From a candidate division WWE3 bacterium RIFOXYC1_FULL_40_10 (GTDB lineage: Bacteria; Patescibacteriota; WWE3; UBA101185; UBA10185), in NCBI GenBank assembly GCA_001773215.1, contig MEWB01000001.1, forward strand, positions 5,964 to 69,963: DNA of 64,000 nt, written 5' to 3'. The translations under genes were made by a program, and so were the position numbers. Under the pieces are notes generated by a model. The model was not told the DNA's origin. It searched no databases and saw only the letters and a program-made list of their open reading frames with translations. Below are positions 1-8,363 of the stretch, in pieces (within the stretch, counting starts at the first letter, position 1; the number at the start of each line of letters is the position of its first letter).

Positions 1-362
1 ATCGCCAAGAATTAATGGATATCTACAAGAACCCTGTACACAAGGGAGCACTGAGCGATCCAAGTGCCATTTCTCATAAAAAAAACCCAATGTGTGGTGA
101 TGAGATGGACTTGTATCTAAAAATTGAGGATGGGGTAATTAAGGATGCGAGTTATACAGAAAGTGCGTGTGTTGTTAGCGTAATAGCTTCGGAAATACTG
201 CTCGAGAAGGTAATAGGAAAAAAAGTGGAGGCTATCAACAAAATGACAAAAGACGAATTTTTGACTGATTTGGGATTGAACCTAAGCACTTCTCGTGTAA
301 AATGTGCGATGCTAGTATTTGAAGCGGTGAAGGAGGCTTTAGAGAAATATGCCGGAAAATAA
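1..362 (+). CDS. sufU: Fe-S cluster assembly scaffold, SufU/IscU (NifU N-terminal domain) family; 5' end probably upstream of window
   Basis: ORF 15..362 stays open to the window start. Motifs YKNP, NPMCGD and the ACVVSxxAS and C-terminal Cys arrangement match SufU-type scaffolds. Confidence 0.7.
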   Translation, partial: RQELMDIYKNPVHKGALSDPSAISHKKNPMCGDEMDLYLKIEDGVIKDASYTESACVVSVIASEILLEKVIGKKVEAINKMTKDEFLTDLGLNLSTSRVKCAMLVFEAVKEALEKYAGK

Positions 363-582
363 GAAAATCGACAAAATAACAAAAGACTCGAATATTGCAC
401 AGCTGGTTTTTAAATACCCTGCGATGGAGGAGGTTTTAATGGACTACGGGTTACATTGTGTTGGGTGTTTCGCCAGTAGTTTTGATACCATTGAACAGGG
501 TGCGAAGGTTCATGGGTTGAGTGATGAGGAGATAGAGGAAATGATAGGTAGAATTAACGAAGTACTCGAATTTGGGGAATAA
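349..582 (+). CDS. DUF1858 / hybrid-cluster-protein-associated redox disulfide domain protein
   Basis: 77-aa ORF with CVGC motif and the conserved DTIEQGAxxHG segment typical of DUF1858. Overlaps the preceding stop by 14 nt. Confidence 0.6.
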   Translation: MPENKKIDKITKDSNIAQLVFKYPAMEEVLMDYGLHCVGCFASSFDTIEQGAKVHGLSDEEIEEMIGRINEVLEFGE

Positions 583-603
583 TTCCCATGGTAAAATAGG
601 ATT

Positions 604-972
604 ATGCAATACCAAATTACATCAGATAATATGCAAGTGTCTGCTAGTATGGAAGCTTTGACGAGGGAGAAATTTTTGAGGATCGATCATCGCTTTAAGG
701 ATGTGGAAAGCGGTTCAAAATGGGTGAGGGTTGTTGTTAATACTGTACCGGGTGATCAGTTTGAGGTTAAGGCTCATCTAAATGTTAAGGGTAAGGAGTG
801 GTTTTCGGATGAGACGGATTACTCGCTTGAGAGTGCTTTGATAAGAACTGTGGAGGAGTTGATCGTTATGATTGAGAAGGACACGGATAATTCGGCTAAA
901 CGTACCGTTGAACTCACAGCTCAGGATTTGCTGGAAGACGAGATCAAAAACGAGGAAAATGTAGTAGAATAG
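604..972 (+). CDS. hpf: ribosome hibernation promoting factor / RaiA (sigma-54 modulation protein family)
   Basis: 122-aa ORF with N-terminal MQYQITSDNMQVSASMEALTREKF, the HPF pattern (MNIQITG..ALREYVEEKL). Confidence 0.7.
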   Translation: MQYQITSDNMQVSASMEALTREKFLRIDHRFKDVESGSKWVRVVVNTVPGDQFEVKAHLNVKGKEWFSDETDYSLESALIRTVEELIVMIEKDTDNSAKRTVELTAQDLLEDEIKNEENVVE

Positions 973-986
973 CGCGACTCGGGTGT

Positions 987-1006
987 CCTGCCTGCCGGCA
1001 GGCAGG
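987..1006. repeat. 20-bp perfect palindrome CCTGCCTGCCGGCAGGCAGG inserted in a partial copy of the tRNA 5' end (GGGTGT|pal|TTAGCTCAGTTG)
   Basis: Exact self-complementary 10+10 bp. Flanks match bases 1-6 and 7-18 of the adjacent tRNA at 1112. An identical palindrome lies at 54164..54183. Confidence 0.85.
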
Positions 1007-1111
1007 TTAGCTCAGTTGTTCTTTGCGTAGCAAAGGCCTTCTAAGCAGACCGCCTTGCTTGCAAGGCGCAGACCTTGAATAGGGTGTTAGTCTGTTAAAA
1101 TTATGCACTGT

Positions 1112-1187
1112 GGGTGTTTAGCTCAGTTGGTAGAGCAGACGTCTTATACACGTCCGGTCCCAGGTTCGAGCCCTGGAACACCCACCA
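1112..1187 (+). tRNA. tRNA with anticodon TAT (tRNA-Ile, UAU, AUA-decoding)
   Basis: Manual cloverleaf: acceptor GGGTGTT/AACACCC, D-arm TAGCTCAGTTGGTAGAGC, anticodon stem GACGT/ACGTC, loop CTTATAC, T-arm CCAGGTTCGAGCCCTGG, CCA encoded. The 5' half resembles the tRNA-Ile(GAT) at 49093..49169. Confidence 0.7.
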
Positions 1188-1198
1188 TTGGAGCAATG

Positions 1199-1295
1199 AT
1201 ACCCCAGGCGAGAATGCCGCAGCCGCGACGGCGGCGAGGCGGGGTCGACGGGATCGCCAGCAGGCGAGAACCGGTGACCGAGCCCTGGAACACAC
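1199..1295. repeat. about 80-bp high-GC (about 70%) segment followed by a direct repeat of the tRNA 3' end (CGAGCCCTGGAACAC at 1279..1293)
   Basis: Composition contrasts sharply with the roughly 40% GC surroundings. The 14-15 nt exact copy of the tRNA T-arm/acceptor lies 90 nt downstream of the tRNA. Confidence 0.7.
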
Positions 1296-1394
1296 ACCAG
1301 ACTACACTTCTCTTTGTCTGGCCGGCCACCTGTCATTGTGGGTCTATTACTCCATTAACATTCCTCTGTCTTTTTGATTTATACTATCTCTAGC

Positions 1395-2420
1395 ATGTCG
1401 GATTTAGAACAAGAACCTGGTCACATTAAAATCACACAAGGAGACCTAGAATCATCCTGGGAGGTCGGAGATAAGGCACGGGAAAAAGCTACGGATTTAT
1501 CCGAAGTAGATACTACTCATTATCTTGATCGATTTGAAGTAGCAGCTTACGTTGCAAAGGAATTTCCCGATTATGCTGAAAAATTAACAAAATCCGCCAG
1601 GCCAATAATTAGTGACCATCCTGATATGATGGAAAGATGGGAATCCGCCAGAATACTCAAACGAAAAGATAAGCATTCATATGAAACTTCCCAAAGTTAT
1701 TTTATTCGGGCATTGTATGAGGAAATGTTTGGTGTGAACCAAGCACCCGGAGATGAAACAGTCCAAAAGGACTTTGAAATCTCAAAGGATCCTAGCTCCA
1801 ATCCCGAAAAATTGCGCGTGTATCAAGGAATCATGGGAATGACTCCCGGGGGTTTGATGTCCCACTTTGCTTTTCTTGGATCTATTAGTGGGGTGTCACT
1901 GGAGGACGCTCCAAAATTAAATTTGAAGGGGAAAACTTGCGCGGAAGCTTATCCCAGCTTAAATGCTGAGCTGGGCTGGCCGAATGCCGAGCCTGTGATA
2001 GATTTAATCTATCACTTTACAACACTGAGGGATGCTTCGTATATGGCGGCACATAAAAGGCAATTTACTATCAGAAATATTGAAACGGGCAAAAAATACC
2101 CGCCTGAATATGATTCAATAGGATATAGATTAATGCTCATGTGTCACGACTGTCCTGATATGATAATTCCGGTACAAGATGAGGAGTTATTGAGAGAGCT
2201 AGGCTTTAAATGGGCTGCACCCAAGCATTTGGTGTATAAGAGGGTATGGGAGGTTTCCCAAGTGGTTTACGACCTTATAGGGTCCGGAGAGATTAAATTT
2301 ACAGAGGAACAACATAAAGCTATAGATAGAATGCTAAAAATTCGAACTCACCCTGAAATGCAAGTATTCTTCAAGTACCTTTCTCCTTCAGGTTATATAA
2401 ATGCTCAGAATGAAGATTGA
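1395..2420 (+). CDS. hypothetical protein
   Basis: 341-aa ORF from ATG 1395 (the listed ORF begins at an upstream TTG). No recognisable motif. Confidence 0.55.
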   Translation: MSDLEQEPGHIKITQGDLESSWEVGDKAREKATDLSEVDTTHYLDRFEVAAYVAKEFPDYAEKLTKSARPIISDHPDMMERWESARILKRKDKHSYETSQSYFIRALYEEMFGVNQAPGDETVQKDFEISKDPSSNPEKLRVYQGIMGMTPGGLMSHFAFLGSISGVSLEDAPKLNLKGKTCAEAYPSLNAELGWPNAEPVIDLIYHFTTLRDASYMAAHKRQFTIRNIETGKKYPPEYDSIGYRLMLMCHDCPDMIIPVQDEELLRELGFKWAAPKHLVYKRVWEVSQVVYDLIGSGEIKFTEEQHKAIDRMLKIRTHPEMQVFFKYLSPSGYINAQNED

Positions 2421-2457
2421 GCTTTAATTTCAATACTAAAACGTATATACTTTTGCT

Positions 2458-4071
2458 ATGCCCCTGACCGAAAATAAGATTTACGCTCTTAAAGATGAAA
2501 CGGATTATAAACATGAGGGCAGTTCCCTATACGAGACATATAAAAACTTAAGCGATTTTGCAAAAGATGGCGACGAATATCGGCACAGGCGTTCGGAGAT
2601 GGTAAACGAGTTTTTTGTGCAACTTGGTGCTATTTCCCCACCGGAGAAAGCCGGAGTGAAAGGCCAATTTAATATACATGAAGCGAAATCAGGAGAATTT
2701 AACGGCATCGAATGCAAAACACCACCCCCGGAGCAGTTTGATCGAAGACCCGAGGAACCTACAATCTATTTCAAAGCTATCGAGGAGAATGGCAAGATGC
2801 CGAAGGAAATTGTGGTGATAGTTCATATGCCCGATGGTACCGTGGTGTATTCGGGTATGGAAATTGATAACCTTGGATATGTTAAGGGATCCGGAAATAG
2901 AGTGGGTGCAATCACAACTGATGAATCCTACAACGAAGCTGCTGCAGCCAAACAAGGGTGGTTTTATGATTATGTTGTTGATTCAACAAAATCTGTTTCT
3001 ATGGAGGACGTATATAAAAAGTCGGGTTCTGAGAAGTACTATAAAAAACTGTATGGCAAACTTAAGGGCACTGTAGAGCATAGCAAGTCCCTTTATGAGA
3101 TTGATAAAGAAAAAGGGGCAAAGCAGAGAACATTTGAGGGAGTTGTTGCGGAATATCAAGAGAGTTTTGCACAAAGAGATGTAGAGGAAGATGCAATAGT
3201 GGCTGATACCCAAGCAAAGCTGGAGGAGTTCGAAGCTGAAAGGCAGATAATGCTAGCTGACATTAGACGGCTTATAAGCGACTATAACAAAGCAACTGAT
3301 GAAATTGCAGCAAAGGATGTGATTATTGAAACACGTGAAGAGAGTATAGCTAATTTGAAGGGCAGAATTACCCAGTTGCAAAAAGAAAACCAGGCTTTGA
3401 AACAAACTCCCGATTTGTCCTATGAGGCGCTCATCTTTTTGAATCAACATCCGGATGCGGGATTCCCACAATTTTTAGCAGCTAACGAAGGGCTACGAAA
3501 ACTTATTGAATCCAAGTCCTTAACACAAGGACGCGCGATGGAAATATATAAAAAGGTGATGCTTGCAAGAATGAGTACGACTGCCGAGGATGCTGTTTCA
3601 ACTACAACATTGTCTGACCATCAACTGGAGGCAGCACAGAGGCGGGCATACTACAAAGACCGTACTACAGCTAAACCAAAGGCCGAGGAGGCGCGACCTT
3701 TCAACGAATCCGGGGAGATAATTAGGTCTCAAGTACCGGATAAAGCGATGACTGATGACGTTATCGCAGCACAAGTAATGGCGGAAAATATAGGTCGTAG
3801 GGAAAACCGCACTGTTTTTAATGAAGAGGGAGTGGCTGATCCTCATCGAAAGCTTGAAAGAGAAGAGGCCCAAAAAAATTTAAACTTGAGCCTTATTAAT
3901 GAGAGGATCTCTTCCTATCTATCAGGCCAGAAAATAACCGAAAGAAAATTACCCTTTGAGGCTGTTGCGGATTTTATTAGTAAAGACCCTGATATCTCTG
4001 TGCTAGTTAACGAAGGGGTGCTATCTGTTGCAGATGTGGAAGCTATTTATAGAAGGGTATTAGGAATTTAG
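2458..4071 (+). CDS. hypothetical protein with central coiled-coil region
   Basis: 537-aa ORF. Heptad-like charged segment EEFEAERQIMLADIRRL...LQKENQALKQ. No enzymatic motif recognised. Confidence 0.55.
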   Translation: MPLTENKIYALKDETDYKHEGSSLYETYKNLSDFAKDGDEYRHRRSEMVNEFFVQLGAISPPEKAGVKGQFNIHEAKSGEFNGIECKTPPPEQFDRRPEEPTIYFKAIEENGKMPKEIVVIVHMPDGTVVYSGMEIDNLGYVKGSGNRVGAITTDESYNEAAAAKQGWFYDYVVDSTKSVSMEDVYKKSGSEKYYKKLYGKLKGTVEHSKSLYEIDKEKGAKQRTFEGVVAEYQESFAQRDVEEDAIVADTQAKLEEFEAERQIMLADIRRLISDYNKATDEIAAKDVIIETREESIANLKGRITQLQKENQALKQTPDLSYEALIFLNQHPDAGFPQFLAANEGLRKLIESKSLTQGRAMEIYKKVMLARMSTTAEDAVSTTTLSDHQLEAAQRRAYYKDRTTAKPKAEEARPFNESGEIIRSQVPDKAMTDDVIAAQVMAENIGRRENRTVFNEEGVADPHRKLEREEAQKNLNLSLINERISSYLSGQKITERKLPFEAVADFISKDPDISVLVNEGVLSVADVEAIYRRVLGI

Positions 4072-4072
4072 T

Positions 4073-4405
4073 ATGTCAGAAGAACACAAGCAATTAATAG
4101 AGATTATCAAAAAACTTGATACCGAAAATTTAGTTTCGGATACATATGCAAAACTGTGGGATAAAGATGTAGATAAGGGGGACTTAGCCGACTTTACGAT
4201 ATCGTTAGCACACTTATTAGCCAGTTATAGGTCGGCGAAAGTTAAGGCAGATGGGTATGACCAAGTTAAGAGCACTCGAGAAAAATACCAAACCGAATTA
4301 AAAGAGTTGGAAGCTTTATACAATGAAATTAAGTTGACTAAGATGATAGATTTTCCTGCTGCCTCCGATGAATTAACAGCTCAGCTTGATGCCAAATCTC
4401 AGTAA
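4073..4405 (+). CDS. hypothetical protein (translationally coupled to the upstream gene)
   Basis: 110-aa ORF. Its ATG lies 2 nt after the preceding stop. Confidence 0.5.
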   Translation: MSEEHKQLIEIIKKLDTENLVSDTYAKLWDKDVDKGDLADFTISLAHLLASYRSAKVKADGYDQVKSTREKYQTELKELEALYNEIKLTKMIDFPAASDELTAQLDAKSQ

Positions 4406-4412
4406 TCTAGGA

Positions 4413-5306
4413 CTACAATATTCCTAAGTCGTTTTTTTCAGGTTCGTTAGATTTTTCTATATAGTTTAAGTATCTTTCGATAGTAGATATTCTTTTGTGC
4501 CCTGATATTTTTGACAACTGTAGAATACTTACACCTGCTGTAAGATGGTGTGCTACGAAAGTATGGCGTAAATCGTTAACTTTTGCTTTAGCGACTCCTG
4601 CAAGCTTAAAATATCTGTTAATAGTAGATCTTATATTTCTTACCAATAGTGCATTCCCTGTTTTTGTGATAAACAAGTTTTCGGCCTTAGCAATATTAGG
4701 TCGTTCTTCTGTACGATATTTTGTTATTGCCTCAATAACAGCTTTATTCAAAGGAATATTTCTTGATTCTTTGTTATTTCTTTTCGGGATAAACATGGAT
4801 CCGGTTTCTCCTTTAATGTCTAAATCGGCCAATTTAATTCCTGCCAATTCCGAAATGGTCACGCCGGTTTGAAGTAACACTTCTATCATAGCGTAAGATC
4901 TGGAGTCGTTTTTAGCGGCATCCCTTAAGGCTCTATATTCCATTTTTGATAATATTCGCGGTTCTTTCTCTTGTAGTTTGGGATGTTTTAACTCCTCACC
5001 GATATTTTTTGGCATATGGCCTTCGATGGATAGATATTTGATAAATGTTCTTGTAGCATTTGTTTTCCTTGAAATCGACTTAGGGGTGTATTCCATGTCG
5101 GCTAAGTTTTTCATGAACTCTTCTAAATGTTTAAGGTTTATATCGGAAACTAAATCAACACCTTTGTTTCCAAGGTGACCTATAAGTTGCTCGATATCTT
5201 TATTATAGGCAATTAAGGTTGCCTGTGACTTACCCTCGGTCTGAAGGTGGTCTATGAACTTTTTGTGTGCTATTTCTAATTTAATCATAAGTTGTTGTAT
5301 CAACAA
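4413..5306 (-). CDS. xerD: tyrosine recombinase, XerC/XerD family (site-specific integrase)
   Basis: 297 aa. C-terminal catalytic signature LRHTFVAHHLTAGVSILQLSKISGHKRISTIERYLNY (R..H..R..Y) plus an N-terminal SAM-like core-binding domain. Confidence 0.85.
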   Translation of the reverse strand: MLIQQLMIKLEIAHKKFIDHLQTEGKSQATLIAYNKDIEQLIGHLGNKGVDLVSDINLKHLEEFMKNLADMEYTPKSISRKTNATRTFIKYLSIEGHMPKNIGEELKHPKLQEKEPRILSKMEYRALRDAAKNDSRSYAMIEVLLQTGVTISELAGIKLADLDIKGETGSMFIPKRNNKESRNIPLNKAVIEAITKYRTEERPNIAKAENLFITKTGNALLVRNIRSTINRYFKLAGVAKAKVNDLRHTFVAHHLTAGVSILQLSKISGHKRISTIERYLNYIEKSNEPEKNDLGIL

Positions 5307-5400
5307 ATAACTGTTGGTGCGGTATCTTAAGTGCCGCTCCTATAGGGTATAGTACAATTATTAGTGGAAGATGTCAAATATATAGGATATATTAACTTTA

Positions 5401-5811
5401 ATGCCTTTAGCGAAGAAAATTAAGCTTATAACAATTACTGTATTACTTAGTTTAGTGACAATAGGTCTTGTGAAGAACTCTTTTATGTTGTTGCAAAGCA
5501 AAAAACGCCTGGATGATATAAGAGCTGAAGTAACCAAGCTAAATAACAAAAAAAGCGAGCTGGAGGCGGAAATAGCTTATAAACAAACACCTGAATATAT
5601 CGAAGAGAAAGCAAGAAACGACCTAAACATGATTAAACCGGGTGAAAAGGTATATGTTTACACTGGGTATAGCGATGATCAGGTATTTTCAAGTAATCAA
5701 GAGGAATATCGAAGTTTTGCAATAAAGGGGGTACATGGAGATGTAGCGGGGTCTTCTGCCGGGCGAGATGCTCCCTTATACATGTGGTACAGGCTTTTTT
5801 TCTCATTCTAA
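5401..5811 (+). CDS. ftsB: septum formation initiator family protein (FtsB/DivIC-like)
   Basis: N-terminal TM helix, then a coiled coil (LDDIRAEVTKLNNKKSELEAEIAY), then the EYIEEKARNDLNMIKPGE motif typical of DivIC/FtsB. Confidence 0.65.
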   Translation: MPLAKKIKLITITVLLSLVTIGLVKNSFMLLQSKKRLDDIRAEVTKLNNKKSELEAEIAYKQTPEYIEEKARNDLNMIKPGEKVYVYTGYSDDQVFSSNQEEYRSFAIKGVHGDVAGSSAGRDAPLYMWYRLFFSF

Positions 5812-5858
5812 GCTTTTGACTTTATTTTCTTTGTTTGTTACTCTGACAGTGGTAATAA

Positions 5859-5932
5859 CGCGGGGTGGAGGAACGGCACCTCGTCGGGCTCATAATCCGA
5901 AGGTCCCGGTTCGAATCCGGGCCCCGCAACCA
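5859..5932 (+). tRNA. initiator tRNA-fMet (CAT)
   Basis: About 80% identical to E. coli tRNA-fMet (CGCGGGGTGGAG...TCGTCGGGCTCATAA.CCGAAGGTC...CCCCGCAACCA). C1:A72 mismatch, anticodon CAT at 5891..5893, GGG run in the anticodon stem, CCA encoded. Confidence 0.85.
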
Positions 5933-5957
5933 AAAATGTAAGCCTTGTTAGTTGTGT

Positions 5958-6806
5958 TTAATCTTTCCTCACGCTCTTTTCGAAGCCCGTTATGAAACCG
6001 TTTTTAAACTCGGCAATTTCCTCGATTAATTCCTCGTAAGCTTTGTACCAGAAAGAATGCTCATAATCACCAATAATGGGGAAGTACTTAACTTCTTTCC
6101 ATGCTCGAGGATATTCGAAAGCATCGCTTTTGATCCAGTTTAGTACATTGCTTGAGGTACTACCTGGGTGAACAATAAACACAGTAAAATTATCATCCAC
6201 TATCAAGGGCCTCGTTTCTTTTAGTGCGTTGAGCCAAATGTTATATTCAATCGTTATCTTATTTTCTTCCAAAAAAGGTCCGTATTTTTTATAAAAATTT
6301 ACCGAAGCAAATGTATTCTCATGGGAAATGAAATTTCGAATGCCCATAATCTGGGTCAGTAAATGTTTAAGTATTTTTGATAACGGCAGGATAACAATAT
6401 TGTCTTTAAACATCAAAACGCCATTTCCAATCAACCATTCATATTTTGGGTTTCTATCAAAATAGTTAACAACACGTTCCAATGAATTTTCATTGATATA
6501 AAAGTCATCGCTATGTAAAAAGTGGATTATGTCTCCTGTTGCATGCGTTAGCGCGATATTAAGGGCGTTTGCAATGCCTTTAGGTTTTGATTGTATAAAT
6601 TGTGTCTGGATATCGGGGTTTTCTTTTATATAGTGTTTAATTATTTCTACACAGCCATCCGTAGAGTAGCCATCGACAAAGATATGTTCGATGTTTCGGT
6701 AAGTTTGCTGTTTAACTGAGTTTAAGCAGAGGTTTAGGAATTTTTTAGTATTGTAAGTAGCTGTGACTATAGTTATCTTAGGCTCTCTTGGGACAGTGCG
6801 ATTCAT
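5958..6806 (-). CDS. glycosyltransferase family 2
   Basis: 282 aa. N-terminal ITIVTATYN...FVDGYSTDG pattern of GT2 (GT-A fold). Confidence 0.75.
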   Translation of the reverse strand: MNRTVPREPKITIVTATYNTKKFLNLCLNSVKQQTYRNIEHIFVDGYSTDGCVEIIKHYIKENPDIQTQFIQSKPKGIANALNIALTHATGDIIHFLHSDDFYINENSLERVVNYFDRNPKYEWLIGNGVLMFKDNIVILPLSKILKHLLTQIMGIRNFISHENTFASVNFYKKYGPFLEENKITIEYNIWLNALKETRPLIVDDNFTVFIVHPGSTSSNVLNWIKSDAFEYPRAWKEVKYFPIIGDYEHSFWYKAYEELIEEIAEFKNGFITGFEKSVRKD

Positions 6807-6915
6807 AACTTCTAATTCTACTCCATTATGGAGAGGGTTTTGACATCATGAATGCTACAGGGTATGATACCCTAGTTAACTACCAGACAAAGATCCAAAA
6901 GGAGAAAAAAACACT

Positions 6916-7344
6916 ATGTTTGGCTTGCTTTTTGCACTAATTAGCTTGGCTTGGAAAGTTTGGATTGGCCATCAGACCTTTGGTGTAGCCTATACAGCTG
7001 CGGCAGGTTTCTTGTTTAATTGGTATGTAGTATTTGCCTGCATATCTGTCGGTTTGATCTTGGTTGTTGCCCTGTTAGTAGCCTTGGGCGCTGGTGGAGG
7101 AGTTTTTCTTGAATTCGGACCTATCGCGGGTGTTTTCGCAATGATCGCTGGCGGAGGTTTTACGTTGATTATAGCTGCGCTGGGTTTTATCTTGCGATAT
7201 GGTTCCCTAATTGCGGGTACATTTTTGCTAAAAAGTGCTTGGAATGGGGGAACTTGGGATGTTGCCAGGCTGGTGGTTGGAGGGCTACTGTTACTTATGG
7301 GGTTGATAGTTTCCTCCAAACGTTCCCGATCTAGTTCCAGCTAG
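6916..7344 (+). CDS. hypothetical membrane protein (Gly/Ala-rich TM segments)
   Basis: 142-aa ORF, 4 predicted hydrophobic helices, RBS AAAGGAGAAAAAAACACTATG. Confidence 0.55.
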   Translation: MFGLLFALISLAWKVWIGHQTFGVAYTAAAGFLFNWYVVFACISVGLILVVALLVALGAGGGVFLEFGPIAGVFAMIAGGGFTLIIAALGFILRYGSLIAGTFLLKSAWNGGTWDVARLVVGGLLLLMGLIVSSKRSRSSSS

Positions 7345-7372
7345 AAAGATTATCCGGTTTGTGAGGTTTGAT

Positions 7373-7410
7373 CCCCGCGTTGTGCTTTGTGCCATGCGGG
7401 GATTTTTTTT
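7373..7410 (+). terminator. rho-independent terminator
   Basis: CCCCGC...GCGGGG stem followed by a T8 run, immediately after the 6916..7344 ORF. Confidence 0.7.
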
Positions 7411-7447
7411 GTTCCTATTGTGCTATATAATAACTCCCGTTATACAA

Positions 7448-7523
7448 GCCAACGTAGCTCAGGGGTTAGAGCGGGCGTTTCATAAGCGCTAGGTCGGTGG
7501 TTCAAGTCCACCCGTTGGCACCA
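7448..7523 (+). tRNA. tRNA-Met (CAT), elongator (alternatively a lysidine tRNA-Ile2)
   Basis: Acceptor GCCAACG/CGTTGGC, D-arm TAGCTCAGGGGTTAGAGC, anticodon loop TTCATAA, T-arm GGTGGTTCAAGTCCACC, CCA encoded. Confidence 0.8.
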
Positions 7524-7575
7524 AAAAATTCACCCACCTGTATCAAATATCGACACACAGTGGGTGGTAGTAAGC

Positions 7576-7893
7576 CTAGATAAACAAGAACAGGTGCCAA
7601 ATTCCATAAGCCGAAGCTAAATTCGCGGAGACAAACATTAACGTGCCCAACCACAGGTCTCCGGATCTAAGATTTGGTCGAACACATATTTCAAACTTTC
7701 CAAGGATAGGCTTTGTAGTGTAATTCCAGGCCATGGGGCTAAACAACAGTAGGGAAAATAGCAGGCAGGGGAAAGCCAAAAAAGATGAAATAACCGGTGT
7801 TGCTTGTTTAAGGTTTACTCCGCTTCCCATAGAGATTAGATTTACGAGCAAGCATAAGCCAAACCAGATCACAAATTTCCCATAGGTTCTCAT
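7576..7893 (-). CDS. hypothetical membrane protein
   Basis: 105-aa ORF with 3 hydrophobic helices. Confidence 0.45.
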   Translation of the reverse strand: MRTYGKFVIWFGLCLLVNLISMGSGVNLKQATPVISSFLAFPCLLFSLLLFSPMAWNYTTKPILGKFEICVRPNLRSGDLWLGTLMFVSANLASAYGIWHLFLFI

Positions 7894-7904
7894 CAGTTTA
7901 TCCT

Positions 7905-8363
7905 CTATTTTGGAAAATAGTCAGAAAGGAGTGTTGCAATGGAGTCGACAGAATATGCATTTTTGCTACTCTCATTTCCAAACGGGTCGCTTGCAGTGCA
8001 CCTGAAAACCCCCAGTTCCCTGAGCACACCATACCTTTCCATTTCCCCCTCTAACGCCTCTTCGAAGTCCTTCAGCCATTCATACGAGGAAAATTTTACA
8101 TGGATTTCGATCCATGAATCAGATGATCCCTTTTCCATCACCTTTATTGCCTTGTTAAAGTTCGAGGGGATAACTTGCGATTCCAGCTTAACATGAGGAA
8201 CCTTATCGAAATTTCCTTCCAGCAGGCCTCTTAAAAACTCCATAGTAAGATCCCAATATATTAATCCGGTCGAGTTATATCTTAACCACGAGGGTTTCAT
8301 TTCTTCCTCCAATCCGATTTGTAGTTTGAGTTGTGTTAGCTGGTATAATACCAGATATGACAA
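7905..8363 (-). CDS. hypothetical protein
   Basis: 152-aa ORF. Start possibly at the internal Met (about 8300). No motif recognised. Confidence 0.45.
   Translation of the reverse strand: MSYLVLYQLTQLKLQIGLEEEMKPSWLRYNSTGLIYWDLTMEFLRGLLEGNFDKVPHVKLESQVIPSNFNKAIKVMEKGSSDSWIEIHVKFSSYEWLKDFEEALEGEMERYGVLRELGVFRCTASDPFGNESSKNAYSVDSIATLLSDYFPK

Larger units (their letters stand above)
1112..5306. mobile_element. putative integrase-associated genomic islet: tRNA-Ile(TAT), tRNA 3' direct repeat, three hypothetical genes, tyrosine recombinase
   Basis: tRNA with a downstream partial 3'-end repeat (att-like), three co-directional ORFs of unknown function, and a convergent XerC/D-family recombinase. 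Boundaries uncertain. Confidence 0.35.

Noticed and set aside
1101-1393. Multiple overlapping ORFs (61-96 aa) on both strands across the GC-rich segment
   Set aside because: They arise because the 70%-GC insert lacks stop codons. They overlap a tRNA, have no RBS, and are mutually overlapping in several frames.
2505-4405. Antisense and alternative-frame ORFs (for example 2505..2717-, 2689..2955-, 3598..3873-, 4495..4872+) inside larger genes
   Set aside because: They lie fully within longer, better-supported CDSs on the opposite strand or frame and have no RBS. They were treated as non-coding shadows throughout the window.
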